A stretch of DNA of 64,000 nt from the human T2T-CHM13v2.0 reference genome, Homo sapiens: the NCBI RefSeq assembly GCF_009914755.1, contig NC_060948.1. The stretch is one strand, 5' to 3'. Positions 29,891-44,900 of this stretch are shown here, one piece after another. A program made the translations under genes and the position numbers. A model generated the notes under the pieces. It saw only the letters and a list, made by a program, of their open reading frames with translations, had not been told where the DNA came from and made no database searches. The stretch's first letter is position 1. The number at the start of each line of letters is the position of its first letter.

Positions 29891-31649
29891 AATCATTGTT
29901 CTATTTTCTTCATGTACACATATTTTAGAGTGATTGAAATCACATATTTTATTTACTTACTCAACACTTGGTAGGATTTTAAATGTAATGTTTTCATTCA
30001 CTACAGTATTGTGAATAGGTTAAACCTTGTATAGTGTCGTCATTCTGTCTTTCATAAATTATTCAAGAATTCTGATGCTGTTTTTCTCCCACCTGAGGAG
30101 AACATGCAGATAGTTATAAAAAATTGTGTGAGTGGGTAGGTATGAATACATAATTTGAAAGCATAGTAAAGTTCACAAATTCAATTTCACATTTGTATTT
30201 TGCATCATTTTGAAATTTTTATTTGCTGACACATGAAATTCTGTATTGACTTTCATGTTAAATAGACACTTCTGAATCAATCTGAAGAATGAAAACAATC
30301 CAAGGCCAAGCATTAGTTCAGGAAGTAAGTAGAAAGCAGTTGTTATGTAGAAAAAGCATATTTATTGAAGGTATATTTAGAGATATTTTAGGAGGCTTAA
30401 GTCAATATTTTGTTTTTGTTGTTCTGGTGTTTTATCATACTGTGAGCAGACTGTAGCATCACTAGTTATAGTCACTAGGCTACCAAAGTCTCAGGGCTGC
30501 AGTAATTATTATTGAAGAAAGTGGCAGTGTGGTTGGCTGTTTAAGGAGACTAGAGGACTTAGGAGTTTGCGCTCAAGGCATAAGGGCCTGGTTTAGTGGG
30601 TGGCCTTCTTTTGCTGAAGTAGATAAGATCCAGGAGAAGTGTGAACTCACTGTAGTAGCTAGGGCTTTGAGACTATTGAAGCCTATATGTCTCCAACTGC
30701 CATTGCCAGATATTGGTCTGCACATAATGGCACTTCCTGGACTCACTGACTCCTGTAAATTCAAATGCAGAATTTGGATTTAAATCCCTGTTCCAACATC
30801 TTAAACTTACATCTAATAAATGGATAATAAAATATGTATTCAGAAGAAAGTGAGACATCAGATAAGTACACAAGAAAATCATCCTGATCAAATACATTCG
30901 AAAATATTACTACAAAAAAATCAGAGGATTAAGCCTTAAAAAGTTATTTAATTGGGGAAATAGGAAAAGGTTAGACTGTTTTCAACTTTGAGGTGTGAAG
31001 ATACTATTATTAGAATATGGGAATTATATATAATGTCTAATTTGTTTCAAGTGCAGCATGCTAGCTATTTAGTATGGCTAGAGATTAACAACCCATGTAA
31101 GAAAACTCAGAGATTAACAACAAATTTTTTTCAGAGATTTTTTTCTGTAATTAAAGACTTTTAAAATGGTTTCCTGTTGATCAATGATTCACTTAAATTT
31201 TTCATTTAAGCATATGCTGTATACCCTTTAACATAGGGACAAAGTTATATTTTCTATCATGTAGATAGAAAAAACATTTGACTGTGTACACATTTGCATT
31301 AGAGTCTTTGGCCTGGGTAATGAAGCAAACAATGGAACTGCCTATGTCAGGGTACAGGTGGGCACAGCTGGAAGCTTCCATCACTTGCACCTTTAACATT
31401 TCTAGAAACTCATCATTCTCTCCTAGGAAGAAAAATGGAGTATAACCATCCTAAGGAACATATGTTACATTTAAACACTAAGTATTGAGATAAAACCATG
31501 AACTGTCTTATCACTGTGTCATCATTACTTTAAACTTGTACGTATAACCTATACAAATAAATTCAGTTTATTTTGTCACCATTACCATTTTACATGATAT
31601 GTTTATGTATTTCATTCGCTTTCTAGTCCTTGATTTTTTTGGGGGGTGG

Positions 31650-32215
<566 letters not shown>

Positions 32216-32969
32216 CAGCACTGTCACTCTTTAATCACTTTTTAAATGCCACCCTTCAAAAGTAATAAGTAAATTTTTACTTACGAAATTCCAAATTCCA
32301 AGTCAAGTTCAGCTTCTTTTTCACAAAGAGGGAAAAACAAACAAAACAAAACAAAAACTTCTTTTTCCTTTTTTTTTAGTCACCAAAGAGTTGGAAAGCA
32401 AATCATCTCTACTTTAGTTTACAAAATTGACTGTACAGAGAAAGATACTCATATAATTGTTTTCAGATCTAAAATCCTATGAAGTTATCATCAGAACCAT
32501 CAACTTATAACATGAAAACAAATTTCATATTGGGTTTTTTATGTGCATTAAATATCTTATAATTAGTAATTTATACAGTTGTGATCATACTTCTTCCTTG
32601 AACCATAATATTAAAAATATGAACCTCATTTTGTAGAACTGCTACCCTAATAAGAAAACTCACTGCTGACCTGGTATAATAATCTGTGGTGCAGACAGCC
32701 AGCATTCTGAACTATTCAGGTTCTTCAGATAGCCCAAGGGTGCTGAGAGCCAAATGGGAGTCTGGACATCTTGGAGGAGTAGCAATGCCAGGTCATTCCT
32801 TGCTGCCCCATTCACCAACTGGCACCTCTCATGCAGTAGAATGGTAGACACCTTCACAACTCTCATTGGTGCCCCAGGGTGCCTCAGGCCCAGAATCACA
32901 GCAGTGTCTTCAGGATTCCTGTATGCATAGGCAAATATTTATTATAGTACATTCTTTAGAAAACCTGAA

Positions 32970-33783
32970 ACTTCCGCAATGGTTGAACTAGTTTACTGTC
33001 CCACCAGTGTGTAAAGGTGTTCCTATTTCTCCACATCCTCTCCAGCATCTGTTGTTTCCTGACTTTTAAATGATTGCCATTCTAAGTGGTGTGAGATGGT
33101 ATCTCATTGTGGTTGTGATTTGCATTTTTCTGATGGCCAGTGATGATGAACATTTTTTCTTGTGTCTGTTGGCTGCATAAATGTCTTCTTTTGAGAAGTG
33201 TCTGTTCATTCCTCCAGGATCTAGAACTAGACATACCATTTGACCCAGCCATCCCATTACTGGGATTATACATGAAAGATTATAAATCTTGCTGCTATAA
33301 AGAAATATACACACGTATGTTCATTGTGGCACTAGTCACAACAGCAAAAACTTGGAATGAACCCAAATGTCCATCAAAGATAGACTGGATTAAGACAATG
33401 TGGCATATATACACCATGGAATACTATGCAGCCATAAAAAGGATGAGTTCATGTCCTTTGTGGGGATACGGATGAAGCTGGAAACCATCATTCTCAGCAA
33501 ACTATCCCAAGGAAAAAAAAACAAACACCACATGTTCTCACTCATAGGTAGGAACTGAACAATGAGAACACTTAGACACAAGAAGGGGAACATCACACAC
33601 CAGGGCCTGTCATGGGGTGGGGGGAGTGGGGAGGGAGATAGTGTTAGGAGATATACCTAAAGTAAATGATGAGTTAATGGGTGCAGCACACCAACATGGC
33701 ACATGTTTACATATATAACAAACCTGCATATTGTGCACATGTACCCTAGAACTTAAGGTATAATAAAAAAAGTTAAAAAAAAA
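32970..33783 (+). mobile_element. Short L1PA with 5' inversion
   Basis: Minus segment 32970-~33210 joined to a plus 3' end ~33211-33783 with poly(A); TSD-like agaaaacctgaa / agaaaacctcaa. Confidence 0.88.
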
Positions 33784-35649
33784 AGAAAACCTCAACCTTA
33801 AGTCTACATCAGGCTTTCCAGTATATTGCTTTAGTCATGATACACAAGGTCCCTAGCTCATCTTCGGAGAAATCAGAAATCTATGAATAAAGAGTCCATA
33901 GACAATGGGATTGCAGAGGAATTAACTAACAGAGGTACTATAAGCCAAACACAGTGAGACAATTTCTTTTTAGCCTAAAAAAAGTTATCTGTACAAGTGA
34001 GATGGTCATGCATTATAGAAGTGAATTTGGACATAGACACCATCAGCAATGTAATTATGGGATAATGAGTTATACAGTTGAGAAGAGGCAGGCACAATCT
34101 TACACGTTGCTAACATAGTGGGCAGCTGTGAGAACCCAAGAGCTGCTAACTATGGCAGACATGACTGCCAAAGATGTTGATCCCAGCCTTCCAAGGCATG
34201 GCGTATTCAAGAGAAATCTGATCTGCTGAAGCTGAGGAGGAATAATAAGCTAACTGTGCTAATTTAAATAGAATTGCCATTTGTAGACCATTTTTTAAAG
34301 TTTTAAATCCCTCCTATTTCTGCTATTTGAGTCAGAATTGTTAAATATGACTAACAAAGACAAACTTCTACTTCTTCTGTGTTTATGAATTTTTCTTGAA
34401 AATAAGTATGCCTCTTATTATCTTTCCAAGATCATAGTTTCTTTAAGTCCTAGCTTAAGTTTATTTAATCAAAATACTGGGAGTCATTCCAGCTTTCTCC
34501 CCCATTGCAACATTTATATATCTATGATTTTAGCTACTTAGAAGTCACTGAAGTAGATAGGCAACAAAAAATGCAATGATTTGAAGATATTAGATAAATA
34601 ATGAAAAATTTGGAGATAAAGCACCTGTCTCTAAATTGGAGAGGGCTTATCTTCATAAACTTATAATGTTAGTAAGATACCAAACCAATACTTTAAATAG
34701 AAAATCCAAGTCTGAGTTTCAGGAAAGAGCTCATATTTTTAAAATCATTTGAGAGTTCCTCAGAAAATTGAGTGGAAGATATACTCATCATTATATAAAT
34801 AGGGAGAGAAAAATGGTGAAGATAATCTGTCTATAGAAGGGGTAAGCAACTAGAGATGAAATTGGAAGCATAACTAAGATCTTATATGTAATTGTCTCTG
34901 AATTAGACTTTGGAGGATGTGAGCAAATAATTATGGCCTCCTTTATGTTTTAAATGTATTATTCACCGTAGCTATGGCAATGGGTGTTAGGTATAAAATA
35001 GCTGTGGTTAAGAGCATGTTTAATTGATGAGACCGAAAGAGATGTCTCAATTTCCAAGAAAATAAGAGGATAGACAGTAATGTGAAATAGCCATTGCTAA
35101 TATTCTGGTAGGTTTTCTAGCAGCCAAGGGAAGGGAGAAACTGATAATCCCAATGTAATGCAGTCTGGTACACCGTCACCTACATCTCATTACTTACCAA
35201 CTATGCTGTTTCCAAATATCATATCTTTAACTTAAAATATACTTAATTTAAAATAACTCTATTACAAATGTAAGCTTCTGTGTGGTAGTAAAGAAATATC
35301 TTTGTATTAGGAGAGTGTGTCTTAATGATAACCCAGTTCATCTTTTGACATGGGAATTTGATCAGTCCATTGTATTTATGTAGTATCAGAATATACATTT
35401 AAGATAAGTATAATAATCATGTTATGTGTTCTATATCAGAGTAATCTATGGGGATACTCTGGGAATTGTATCATATATCAAGTATGAAATGCCTTTGTAA
35501 GCCAAAAAGAAAATAATTTCTATGATTTGGTAGATAAAAAACTCATGCATTTCTCAGGAAGAGCTTTAGCTCCCATTTCCTTCTCTCTATTATTTTATAT
35601 TTCCATTTTCTTCTTCCTTTACTTGTCCTACCAGGTTTTTGAGCCTTAC

Positions 35650-36976
35650 TCTGAGGCTGTGGCAGAGAGATGAAATGTGGCCACATTGAAGTGGGAGTGG
35701 GGATAAAAGCTGAAGCATTTGTAGAAGTAGACTGAAAGGGACATGGAAGCAGAAGTAGTCATGGGCCCTTGGTGTTGCCAGGGTCCATGGCTAGGTCATG
35801 TCACTCCTTGGAGCCAGAAAAGGAAAGAGTGCACTTGCCTGAAGACATAAGGCTTTGTGCAATGCTCCTCAAAATGACTCAAGATTCCCACTTGCACCCA
35901 AGTGTCCTTTTGGTGTAGATGGCACACCAAAGGTGCTGCCAGTTCACCCTGCAAGAAACAAGAGAGAAGATAGCAATCAATATTTTGAAGGAGGGCCAGA
36001 AGTAACTTTTGGTGTTCAAGATATTCCTCTTTCTCCCTGGCAGTCACACCCCGTGAATTTGTCACCTTACAGCCAGGCTCCCACATAGCTTTCTGGGCCT
36101 CCACACAAAAAGTGAATTCCTTCAGCTTTGGGCAAAATTTGGTACAAGTGCTGACTTGTAGGACGCTCAGGTGCTGTTTTTGCAGAACTACAGGACTTCC
36201 TGATAGAAAACAGAGAAGAGGTGTTTGTGTTTGCTTGTTTTCAAACCTAGCCTAGATTAGAGAGAGAAGTATGGTGAAGAGAAAGACAAGTTATTTATTA
36301 TTCAAGAGAGGATAATATTATCTTTCCAAACATGCTTCTCTTCCATCCCACTGTCTTCTTCATTACTCAGCCCTCATAAGGGACCAACAGGTAGTCAACA
36401 GCCATATACTAGTATAAATTTCTCCTGTTCCAGACTCTCCTTTGGGCATATAGGAAGGACCAGGGTTTGAAAATATAGTGGCTGCTTCAGGAAGATCAAT
36501 ACAGGTCCCAGAAGTCCCTTGGGACCTAGGTAGGGTATGGCACAGTCAATGCTGACAGTCTGAGCAGAATCCAGAAGATGATTAAGCCCCACTTGGACCA
36601 GGACCAGGGCTGCTGAGTTTTTCAGGGGAAAAAAGTCAATAAAAAGTCATATTATTTCTACATTTCAATTTGAATAAAGCCCTGGAGGTCACATGAATCA
36701 GATGAAGTCCAGCAAAGCACTAAAATACAAATACTCCTCTAGAAACTATTTTCAAGGTTTATTTGAGAACAGGTGGGCAACATGATAAGACTTTAATTCT
36801 GCTGAAAAAAATAGCCAGATGCATTGGTGTGTGCCTGTGGTCCCAGGTACTCAGGAGGCAGAGGTAGGAGAATTCCTTAATCTTGGTAGTTTGAGGCTAC
36901 TCTGAATCATGCCACAGCACTCCAGCCTGGGCAACAGAGCAAGACCCTGTCTCTATCTATCTTTCTCTCTGTCTTT

Positions 36977-37013
<37 letters not shown>

Positions 37014-37274
37014 ACACACAAATAAAGGGAAATATATTCATTTATAATCTCAATGTTGTTATTGTTTTATAATGATATCTTAATCTTAAGATGAATTACT
37101 TAGACTCACATAAAATTGGCACATCTAGCTGTAGTAAGGAACCACTGTTCATTTAGTATGGAGCCAGCACAGACATGAGAGAAAGTGGTACAGCAACTAT
37201 CCAAGGGAATTCACCAATTTCTGACTCCCAGCAGTTGGGACAGAGGGTGACATTGCCAGGGCATAATCCACACT
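35650..37274 (-). pseudogene. PRSSLY: First trypsin-like domain exons (37110-37274, 36371-36622, 36066-36199, 35650-35948)
   Basis: GEFPW, CAGSIL, LVLPIC, LQKQHLSVLQVSTC, FTFCV, PLVC, WVQVGI motifs of chymotrypsin-clan S1 proteases; stops GC*LP and GVT*PS; both splice sites of 36371-36622 appear mutated. Confidence 0.87.
36805..37020 (+). mobile_element. Alu right-arm fragment followed by (AC)n
   Basis: gtgcctgtggtcccagg ... ccagcctgggcaacagagcaagacc; (CA)n at 36979-37020. Confidence 0.75.
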
Positions 37275-40200
37275 CTGCAGAAGGAATATACATATGGAAT
37301 AGAGTGAGATTAGTGTTACTACTCTTCCATTTCTAAAATCTAATTTTAGGTTTTTAGGAATAAGCTTGGAAATTCAGTATCTTCAATCTGAGAAAATCCT
37401 TGGAAATATACATTATTCATCCTACAAGTTTAGATATACTACAGAGGTTATCTGCATGCTTTTCCTTCAAATAATAATTTAATGTATATATAAATATATA
37501 TCTTATTATTTATATCCAAGATATTATACTATTATCCAATAATGTGTGTATATATTTATATACCTCAAGTGGAATAATAAATCCTTTCTAAGAAGTAAGA
37601 CTATCTTTAAAATACTGTTCTCTGAATAGAATTGTGTTTATAAAACATAGCCCACAAATCCTGTCTGGCAAAAATAAGATATTCTCTCAATATTGGGATG
37701 TCTGTGCTGATTCATACAATAACATAAATTTTGGTTTTGCAAAGGTTTGAGGACATAACCTCTGATCTTACAAACTGTGGTTTTAGGGTTCAACAAGAGT
37801 CTTTGTACCAGGTATAATAACTTAAACATATGACTAGACCAAAGGTGTCTGTGGTTTCATGAGAAATAACAACTATTCTGAAGAGCCAGAAAGCCTGCAA
37901 ACTTTCTTTCCAGATCACAGCTAGTTGACACTCAACCAGGGAAACATTTGAGTTCTGAATGCCTAAGAGGTTGTTGTTCAGACTTGGGTCCAGATTGTCC
38001 AGGCATCAGATGAGGTTATTTTGTTAAAAGTGTGGCTGCAGCAGCATGCAAGAATGAAAAAGAATGAGAAAGAATGGACTCTTCAGGAAATGTTGAGGAA
38101 AATATTTTCTGAAGGGCGTTAGCAGAAGAGGCTATGGAAAGGAGAATAGGAGAGGAGACAAGAGGAGAAATAACTGAACAAGATGGGAAAATGAAGAATG
38201 AAGGGAATGTACCAGAAGAAAAGACGGAACAAGAAGGGCACAGTGTACATGGAGATGGAAGAGAATAAGAAAGAGGAAGGAAAATGGAGGAAGAAAGAGA
38301 GATAAGAGAGGTACCTGGGACATCAGGGCATTGTTTTATTTGGATAATTTTTAATTTCCTGCTTTAGTGCTGGTAAACAGCTCTTCCAGGAAGCCAAATG
38401 CTTGTAAGCTGGCTTGGTTGGAGATAATTGATTTCATATTGGCTTTCTGAGGCAGTTATCTCAGTTAACAGAGAGATAAAATACTGATCTGGGAAAGAAA
38501 CAGTTTTTTACAGGCAAAAAGAGTGCACGTTTAGACAAGCAGCCAAAATGACTCATTAATAGTGTCTCTCAGACTCAATTTCAGGAGGAGAAAACTATGC
38601 ACTTATATCAGCCTTATAATGGGTTCTGGGTCTTAGTATTTCTGTTTCAGGCTGGATCCAGGTTCTTACTATGCCAGCTTTAAAAACACCAAAGGATTCA
38701 ATAATATCAGCTTCAGACTGGATCCAGTGTCTGTCTGCTTAGGTTACAGGCAGTATCCAAGATATGAGTGTTCTTCCCATAAGCAAGGTCCATGTTTTGA
38801 CTACTGGAGATGGAACCTTGGGCCAGAATCTTAGTAGGAAGGATTCAGACTGGATAAAAGATGGAATTATATCAACTACCAGCTGGATCCAGGGACTGAC
38901 TCTTTGAGATTTTGAATAAGCCCGTGATCTGCCTTTATTCATGTGAATGTAAAATGAAGATCTGACTATATCAGTTTCCTGCTTGATCCAGGATCTCACT
39001 GCTTGGGTTTCAGGTGGGTCCAGGTTGGATATGTAGCAACTCTTTGCTGAGTCTAGGGCCAAAATATACCAACTTCAGTCTGGGGCCAGGGAGAGAGCAG
39101 CTAACTTTCAGGATGAATCCAGGGTCTAACTGTATCACATTGAGTCTATAAGCAAGATGTGACTGTATCAATTTCAGTCATGTTGCAGGGTTTCATTTCT
39201 TGACTTACAGTCCAAATTTGGAATACTTCAGTTTCAGGTTGGTTCCAAGATCTTATTGAATTCGAATCTGGAACCAGTATCTTATCACTGTATTGGCTTC
39301 AGAGTGGGTCCAGGGATGAATTTCAGAATAAGTCTATTGTATGATTGTAGCAGGTACATGCTGAGCCCAAGGGTAATTTATGCTAATTTGATTCTGGGTC
39401 CAGAAGTGTGTCATTTGAGATTCAAATTTGGTCCAGGTCCAAACTGCAGCGCTTTGAGCTGGGGACCAACTTGTCAACATACCTGCCTCAGGTCAGGTCC
39501 TAATTGCTTGAGATTCAGGCTCAGTCCATTGTTTTATTTTATCAGTTTCAGAATGGGCCCAGAGTCTGACTGTATTGGTTTCAGCATAGATCCAAGGTTG
39601 CAGAACATCACCTTCAGACTGGGTCCAGGGTCTGACTGCATTCTTTTCAGATTGGTTCAATGGGTGGATTATTTGCCATTCTGGCTTCATCCGGGTAGTA
39701 ACTCTGTGAGAATAAAGTTGAGTACCATTTCTTCTTACACTGTTTTGGGTCTGAAACCCAGCACTCAGAGTATTAATGTCAGGCATGGTCAAGCATTTCA
39801 CTGCCTGCATTTCAGCCTGATAAAGTAGTGTATCAGACAAGGATCGTATTAGTTTTACCTTGAGTCCAGGGGTGGATTGTGCCTGTTTCAGTCCAGATCC
39901 ATAGTTTTACTGTAGCAGCTTCAGAAATGATCTGGGGTCTCATTGTACCTACTTCAGATTGGGTACACAGGAAGGAGGCATCAGTTTCACATTGGATCCA
40001 TGTTATAAATGTTGTAGTTCTCTGTTTGGCCCAGGATTCAATTTTACCAAGTTCAAAGGGAGTAAATGTGCTTAATGTTTGAAATTCTGACTGAGCCCAA
40101 GGTTTTATTTTTTCTGTTCCAGTTTTAAACAAAGTTCTGTAACTAGAGCTTCAAGTTTGGACCATGGTTTTGCTGCCTGAGGCATAGGCACTATCCAAGA

Positions 40201-42939
40201 TACAAGTGTTCCAAATTTAGGCAAGGTCCATTCATCGATATTTTCAATTTAATGATGTGTCCATAAAATTGATGCTTGATTTTCATCTTGGATCAAAGGT
40301 TGTATGGTATCAGGTTGAGACAGTAATGAAATTCTATAAATAATTTAGCTTCAGGCATTGCCCAGAGTTTCTTAGCTTCAGTTTTAAGCATTGTCCAAAA
40401 TGAGCCCATATCACTCTGTGTATAAGAATTTGCAGCGGGAAAATCATCATAGGTCCACTTTGTGTCTGTGGAAGCTGCGGTCTCTGTCCATGTGTTTACC
40501 ACTGGAGACTCAGACTGGGATCATGGCATGATTGATTCAGACACAGTTAGTGTCCAGGCTTTTTCTGCTGAAGAGATATCCTGTGTCCATGGTAACACTG
40601 AGGAAACTATGGCCCATGCCCCTGGATTTTCTGCTGAAGATTCATCATATGTCCACGATGTAAGTATATCAGATACAGTCTGTGTCCAGGTAATTCCTAC
40701 TGGATACTGGGCCTGCAGCCACAGTATAATTTTGTCAGATACTGGCTGTGTGGAGGTAATGACTGCAGAAGATTCAGCCTGAGTCCACAGTGCAACTATA
40801 TCAAATATGGGATGTGGCCAGGGACTTGTTGCTAGAAGTAAAGCTTTGGTCCATGGGGTGACTTGGAAACTATTGACTCTATCCACGATTGACTGCTAGA
40901 GATACAGGCTGGGTCCACAATGATAATTTATTAAATATAGGCAGTAATCAGGGATTTACTGCTGAAGATTCAAATTGGATCAATCCTATGTATGTCTCAG
41001 ATACAGGCAGTATCCACATAATTAGTGCTGCAGATTCAGATTGGGACCATAATCTGGTTGTATTAGGTGAAGGTTGTGCACAGTCCTTTACTGTTGCACA
41101 TACAGCCTGTGCCCAAATTGTAGCTTTATAAAAAACAGGCTGTGTCCAGGTATTTATTGCTGGAAAATCAGCCTTGGTCCAGAGTGTAACTTAGGAAGCT
41201 ATAGCCTCTGTCCAGGTATTTATGGGTAGACATTCAGTTTGATGCCCTGTTTTCAGTGTAGCATGTAAACTTTGTGAAAAGAAGATTAATGATGGAGTTA
41301 CAGGCTGTGTACACAGTGTGAGTGTATCAGCAACAGGATTTGTCAAGGCATTTACTGCCGAAGATTCCGTCTGGGTCCATGGTGTGACTGTATCAATAGT
41401 CTTATCCTGCAACAGAGGACCTGGGGCTGGAGATTTGGACACTGTCCAGATGTTTACAATTGGAGACTTAGACTTCATCATGGGATTTACAGCTGGAAAT
41501 TCAGCCTCATTCCAAGTGATTACTTAGATGTTTTGTTTAGGTCCATAGTGTGACTGTATCAGGTACAGGTTGTAACCAGAAATTGATTGCTGAAGATTTG
41601 GTCTGTGTCCATGTTATGACTGTATCATCTAGAGCCTCTGTCCTGGGAATTATTATTAGAAATACAGCCATGTACTGCAGTGTGACTATACCAGTCACAG
41701 CCACTGTTAAGTGACTTATTGCTGGCAACATATCCTGGGTCCATGATGTGACTTTCTCAGTTTTAGACTGGCTCCATGGATTTACTGCTACATAAACATT
41801 CTTAGCCAATGGTTTCAATCTATCAGTAGAGTTTGTGTACAGAGATTATTGATTGTAGAATCAGCCTGAGTCCACAGTAAGACAATTTCTGCTTCAAGCT
41901 CTGTGGAGGGATTTACTGCTACTCTTACCTGCTTGGTTCTGTGGTATAACTAACTGTAGCAGGTATAGGCTGTGTCCAGGCATTTACTTTTGGACATTTA
42001 GTCTTGGTCCACTGTGTGAGGATATCAGTTTCATATTGTTTCCAGAGATGTATGGCAGGTGATTTGACTTGGTTCCATAGTTTGATTGTATAACCTATTG
42101 CCCTTGTCAAATGCTTTACTGCTGAAGACTCAGCCTGGGTCCATGGTATGAGTGTATCAGATACAGATTTGATCCAAGGCTTTCGTGTTAAAAATTCAAA
42201 CTGAGTCCACGAAATGTATCAGCTACAGGTTCTGTCCAGTACCCTACTACTGGAGGTTCAGCCTGAGGCCATAATGTGTCTGTATCATTCACAGGCTGTG
42301 TCCAAAGATTTCCTGCTGGAAATTCAGACTGTGCCGTTAGTGTGATAGTAGCAGCCCAAGGCAGTATTCATGGAAATCCTGCTGTTAATTCAGCCCCTTT
42401 CTATAGTGTGATACTATCAGCTATGGAGGTTGTCCAGGTATTCACTGATAGATATTCAATGTGGGTCCAAGCTATGACTATCAAAGGTATAGGCTGTGTC
42501 CATGGAATTTCTGCTGGAGATACAGCCTGGGCCCATGGTATGACTGTGGAAGTAACATCCTCTATGCACAGATTTACTGTTGGAGACTTGGCTTGTATCC
42601 ACAGGATAATGTTATCAAATTCAGGTAGTGTACAGAGTTTTACTGCTGAAGACTCATCTTGGTCCCATGGTTTGATTGTATAAGATAGATACTGTGTAAA
42701 TGGATTCATCGCTGGAGAGGCATCCTGAATCCATGGTATGTACTATCACCTAGAAACTTTGTACAGAGATTTATGGCTGGAAATTCAGGCTTGGTCCACA
42801 GCTTGTCTGCATCAGCTATTGTCTATGTCTATGAATTTACTGCTAGAGAATCATTCAGGATCAACTCTTTGACTGTATATGTTTCAGACTGTGTCCATGC
42901 ATTTCATTCTATAAATTCAGCCTGATTCCTTGGTAGGAC

Positions 42940-44900
42940 TGTTGCGGAAGTCAGGAACCCTGAATGGAGGGACCAGCTGAAGCCATGGCAGAAGAACATA
43001 AATTGTGAAGATTTCATGGACATTTATTAGTTCCCCAAATTAATACTTTTATAATTTCTTACGCCTGTCTTTTTTTTATTTTTAAACTTTTTAGTAAAGA
43101 AATTAACAAAATTGACCAAATGTCAGGTGAAAGAAAGCATATTAATCTTAAATACATATAATTATTATTATTTTTCTTAATTAATTTTTTTTAATTTTAA
43201 GTTTTAGGGTACATGTGCACATTGTGCAGGTTAGTTACATATGTATACATGTACCATGCTGGTGCGCTGCACCCACTAACTCGTCATCTAGCATTAGGTA
43301 TATCTCCTGATGCTATCCCTCCCCCCTCCCACCACCCCAAAACAGTCCCCAGAGTGTGATATTCCCCTTCCTGTGTCCATGTGATCTCATTGTTCAGTTC
43401 CCACCTATGAGTGAGAATATGCGGTGTTTGGTTTTTTGTTCTTGCGATAGTTTACTGAGAATGATGATTTACAATTTCATCCATGCCCCTACAAAGGACA
43501 TGAACTCATCATTTTTTATGGCTGCATAGTGCATGGTGTATATGTGCCACATTTTCTTAATCCAGTCTATCATTGTTGGACATTTGGGTTGGTTCCAAGT
43601 CTTTGCTATTGTGAATAATGCCACAATAAACATATGGGTGCATGTGTCTTCATAGCAGCATGATTTATAGTCCTTTGGGTATATACCCAGTAATGGGATG
43701 GCTGGGTCAAATGGTATTTCCAGTTCTAGATCCCTGAGGAGTCGCCACACTGACTTCCACAATGGTTGAACTAGTTTACAGTCCCACCAACAGTGTAAAA
43801 TTGTTCCTATTTCTCCACATCCTCTCCAGCACCTGCTGTTTCCTGACTTTTTAATGATTGCCATTCTAACTGGTGTGAGATGGTATCTCATTGTGGTTTT
43901 GATTTGCATTTCTCTGATGTATGCCTGTCTTTACTGCAATCTCTGAACATAAATTGTGAAGATTTCATGGACACTTATCACTTCCCCAATCAATACCCTT
44001 GTGATTTCCTATGCCTGTCTTTACTTTAATCTCTTAATCCTGTCATCTTTGTAAGCTGCGGAGTATGTATGTCACCTCAGAACCCTGTGATGTTTGTGTT
44101 AACTGCACAAATTATTTGTAGAGCATGTGTGTTTGAACAATATGAAATCTGGGTACCTTGAAAAAAGAACAGGATAACAGCAATGTTCAGGGAACAAGAG
44201 AGATAAACTCTGACTGCCGGTCAGCTGGGCAGAACAGTGCCATATTTCTCTTCTTTCAAAAGCAAATGGGAGAAATATCGCTGAATTCTTTTTCTCAGCA
44301 AGGAACATACCTGAGAAAGAGAATGTGTCCCTGAGGGTAGGCCTCTAAAATGGCCATTTCAGGGGGTGGCCGTCTTTTATGGTCAAAGCTGTAGGGATGA
44401 AATAAGCCCCAGTCTCCTGTAGTGCTCCCAGGCTTATTAGGAAGAGGAAATTCCTGCCTAATAAATTTTGGTCAGACCGGTTGTCTGCTCTCAAACCCTG
44501 TCTCCTGATAAGATGTTATCAATGACAATGTGTGCCTGAAACTTCATTAGCAATTTTAATTTTGTCCTGGTCCTCTGGTCCTGTGATCTTGCCCTGCCTC
44601 CATTTGCCTTGTGATATTCTATATACCTTGCGAAGCACAGGATCTCTGTGACCCACATGCTATTCGCACACTCCCTACCCATTTGAATATTACTAATAAA
44701 AACTTGCTGGTTTTATGGCTCTGGGGGCACCACGGAGCCTGCCAATGTGATGTCTCCCCCAGACACCCAGCTTTAAAATTTCTCTTTTGTACTCTGTCTC
44801 TTTATTTCTCAGAGTGGCCGACACTTAGGGAAAATAGAAAAGAAGGTATGTGAAATATTGGGGGTGAATTTCACCTGATATCTGGCTGAAATTCCCCTGA
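42940..44900 (+). mobile_element. MER11 solo LTR (HERV-K11/HML-8) inserted in the giant exon and split by an L1
   Basis: Starts tgttgcggaagtcaggaaccc...agaacataaattgtgaagatttcatggac and ends ctggctgaaattcccctga(ta); flanking taggac at 42934-9 and 44901-6. Confidence 0.88.
43073..43919 (-). mobile_element. 5'-truncated L1PA2 with a probable 3' transduction, nested in MER11
   Basis: 3'UTR diagnostic gatgacGAGttagtggg; TSD tacgcctgtcttt (43060-72) / tatgcctgtcttt (43920-32). Confidence 0.9.

Noticed and set aside
39256-42683. Plus-strand ORFs (e.g. 190 aa at 39256, 135 aa at 42276)
   Set aside because: Antisense shadows of the minus-strand Trp repeat, with no independent coding signal.
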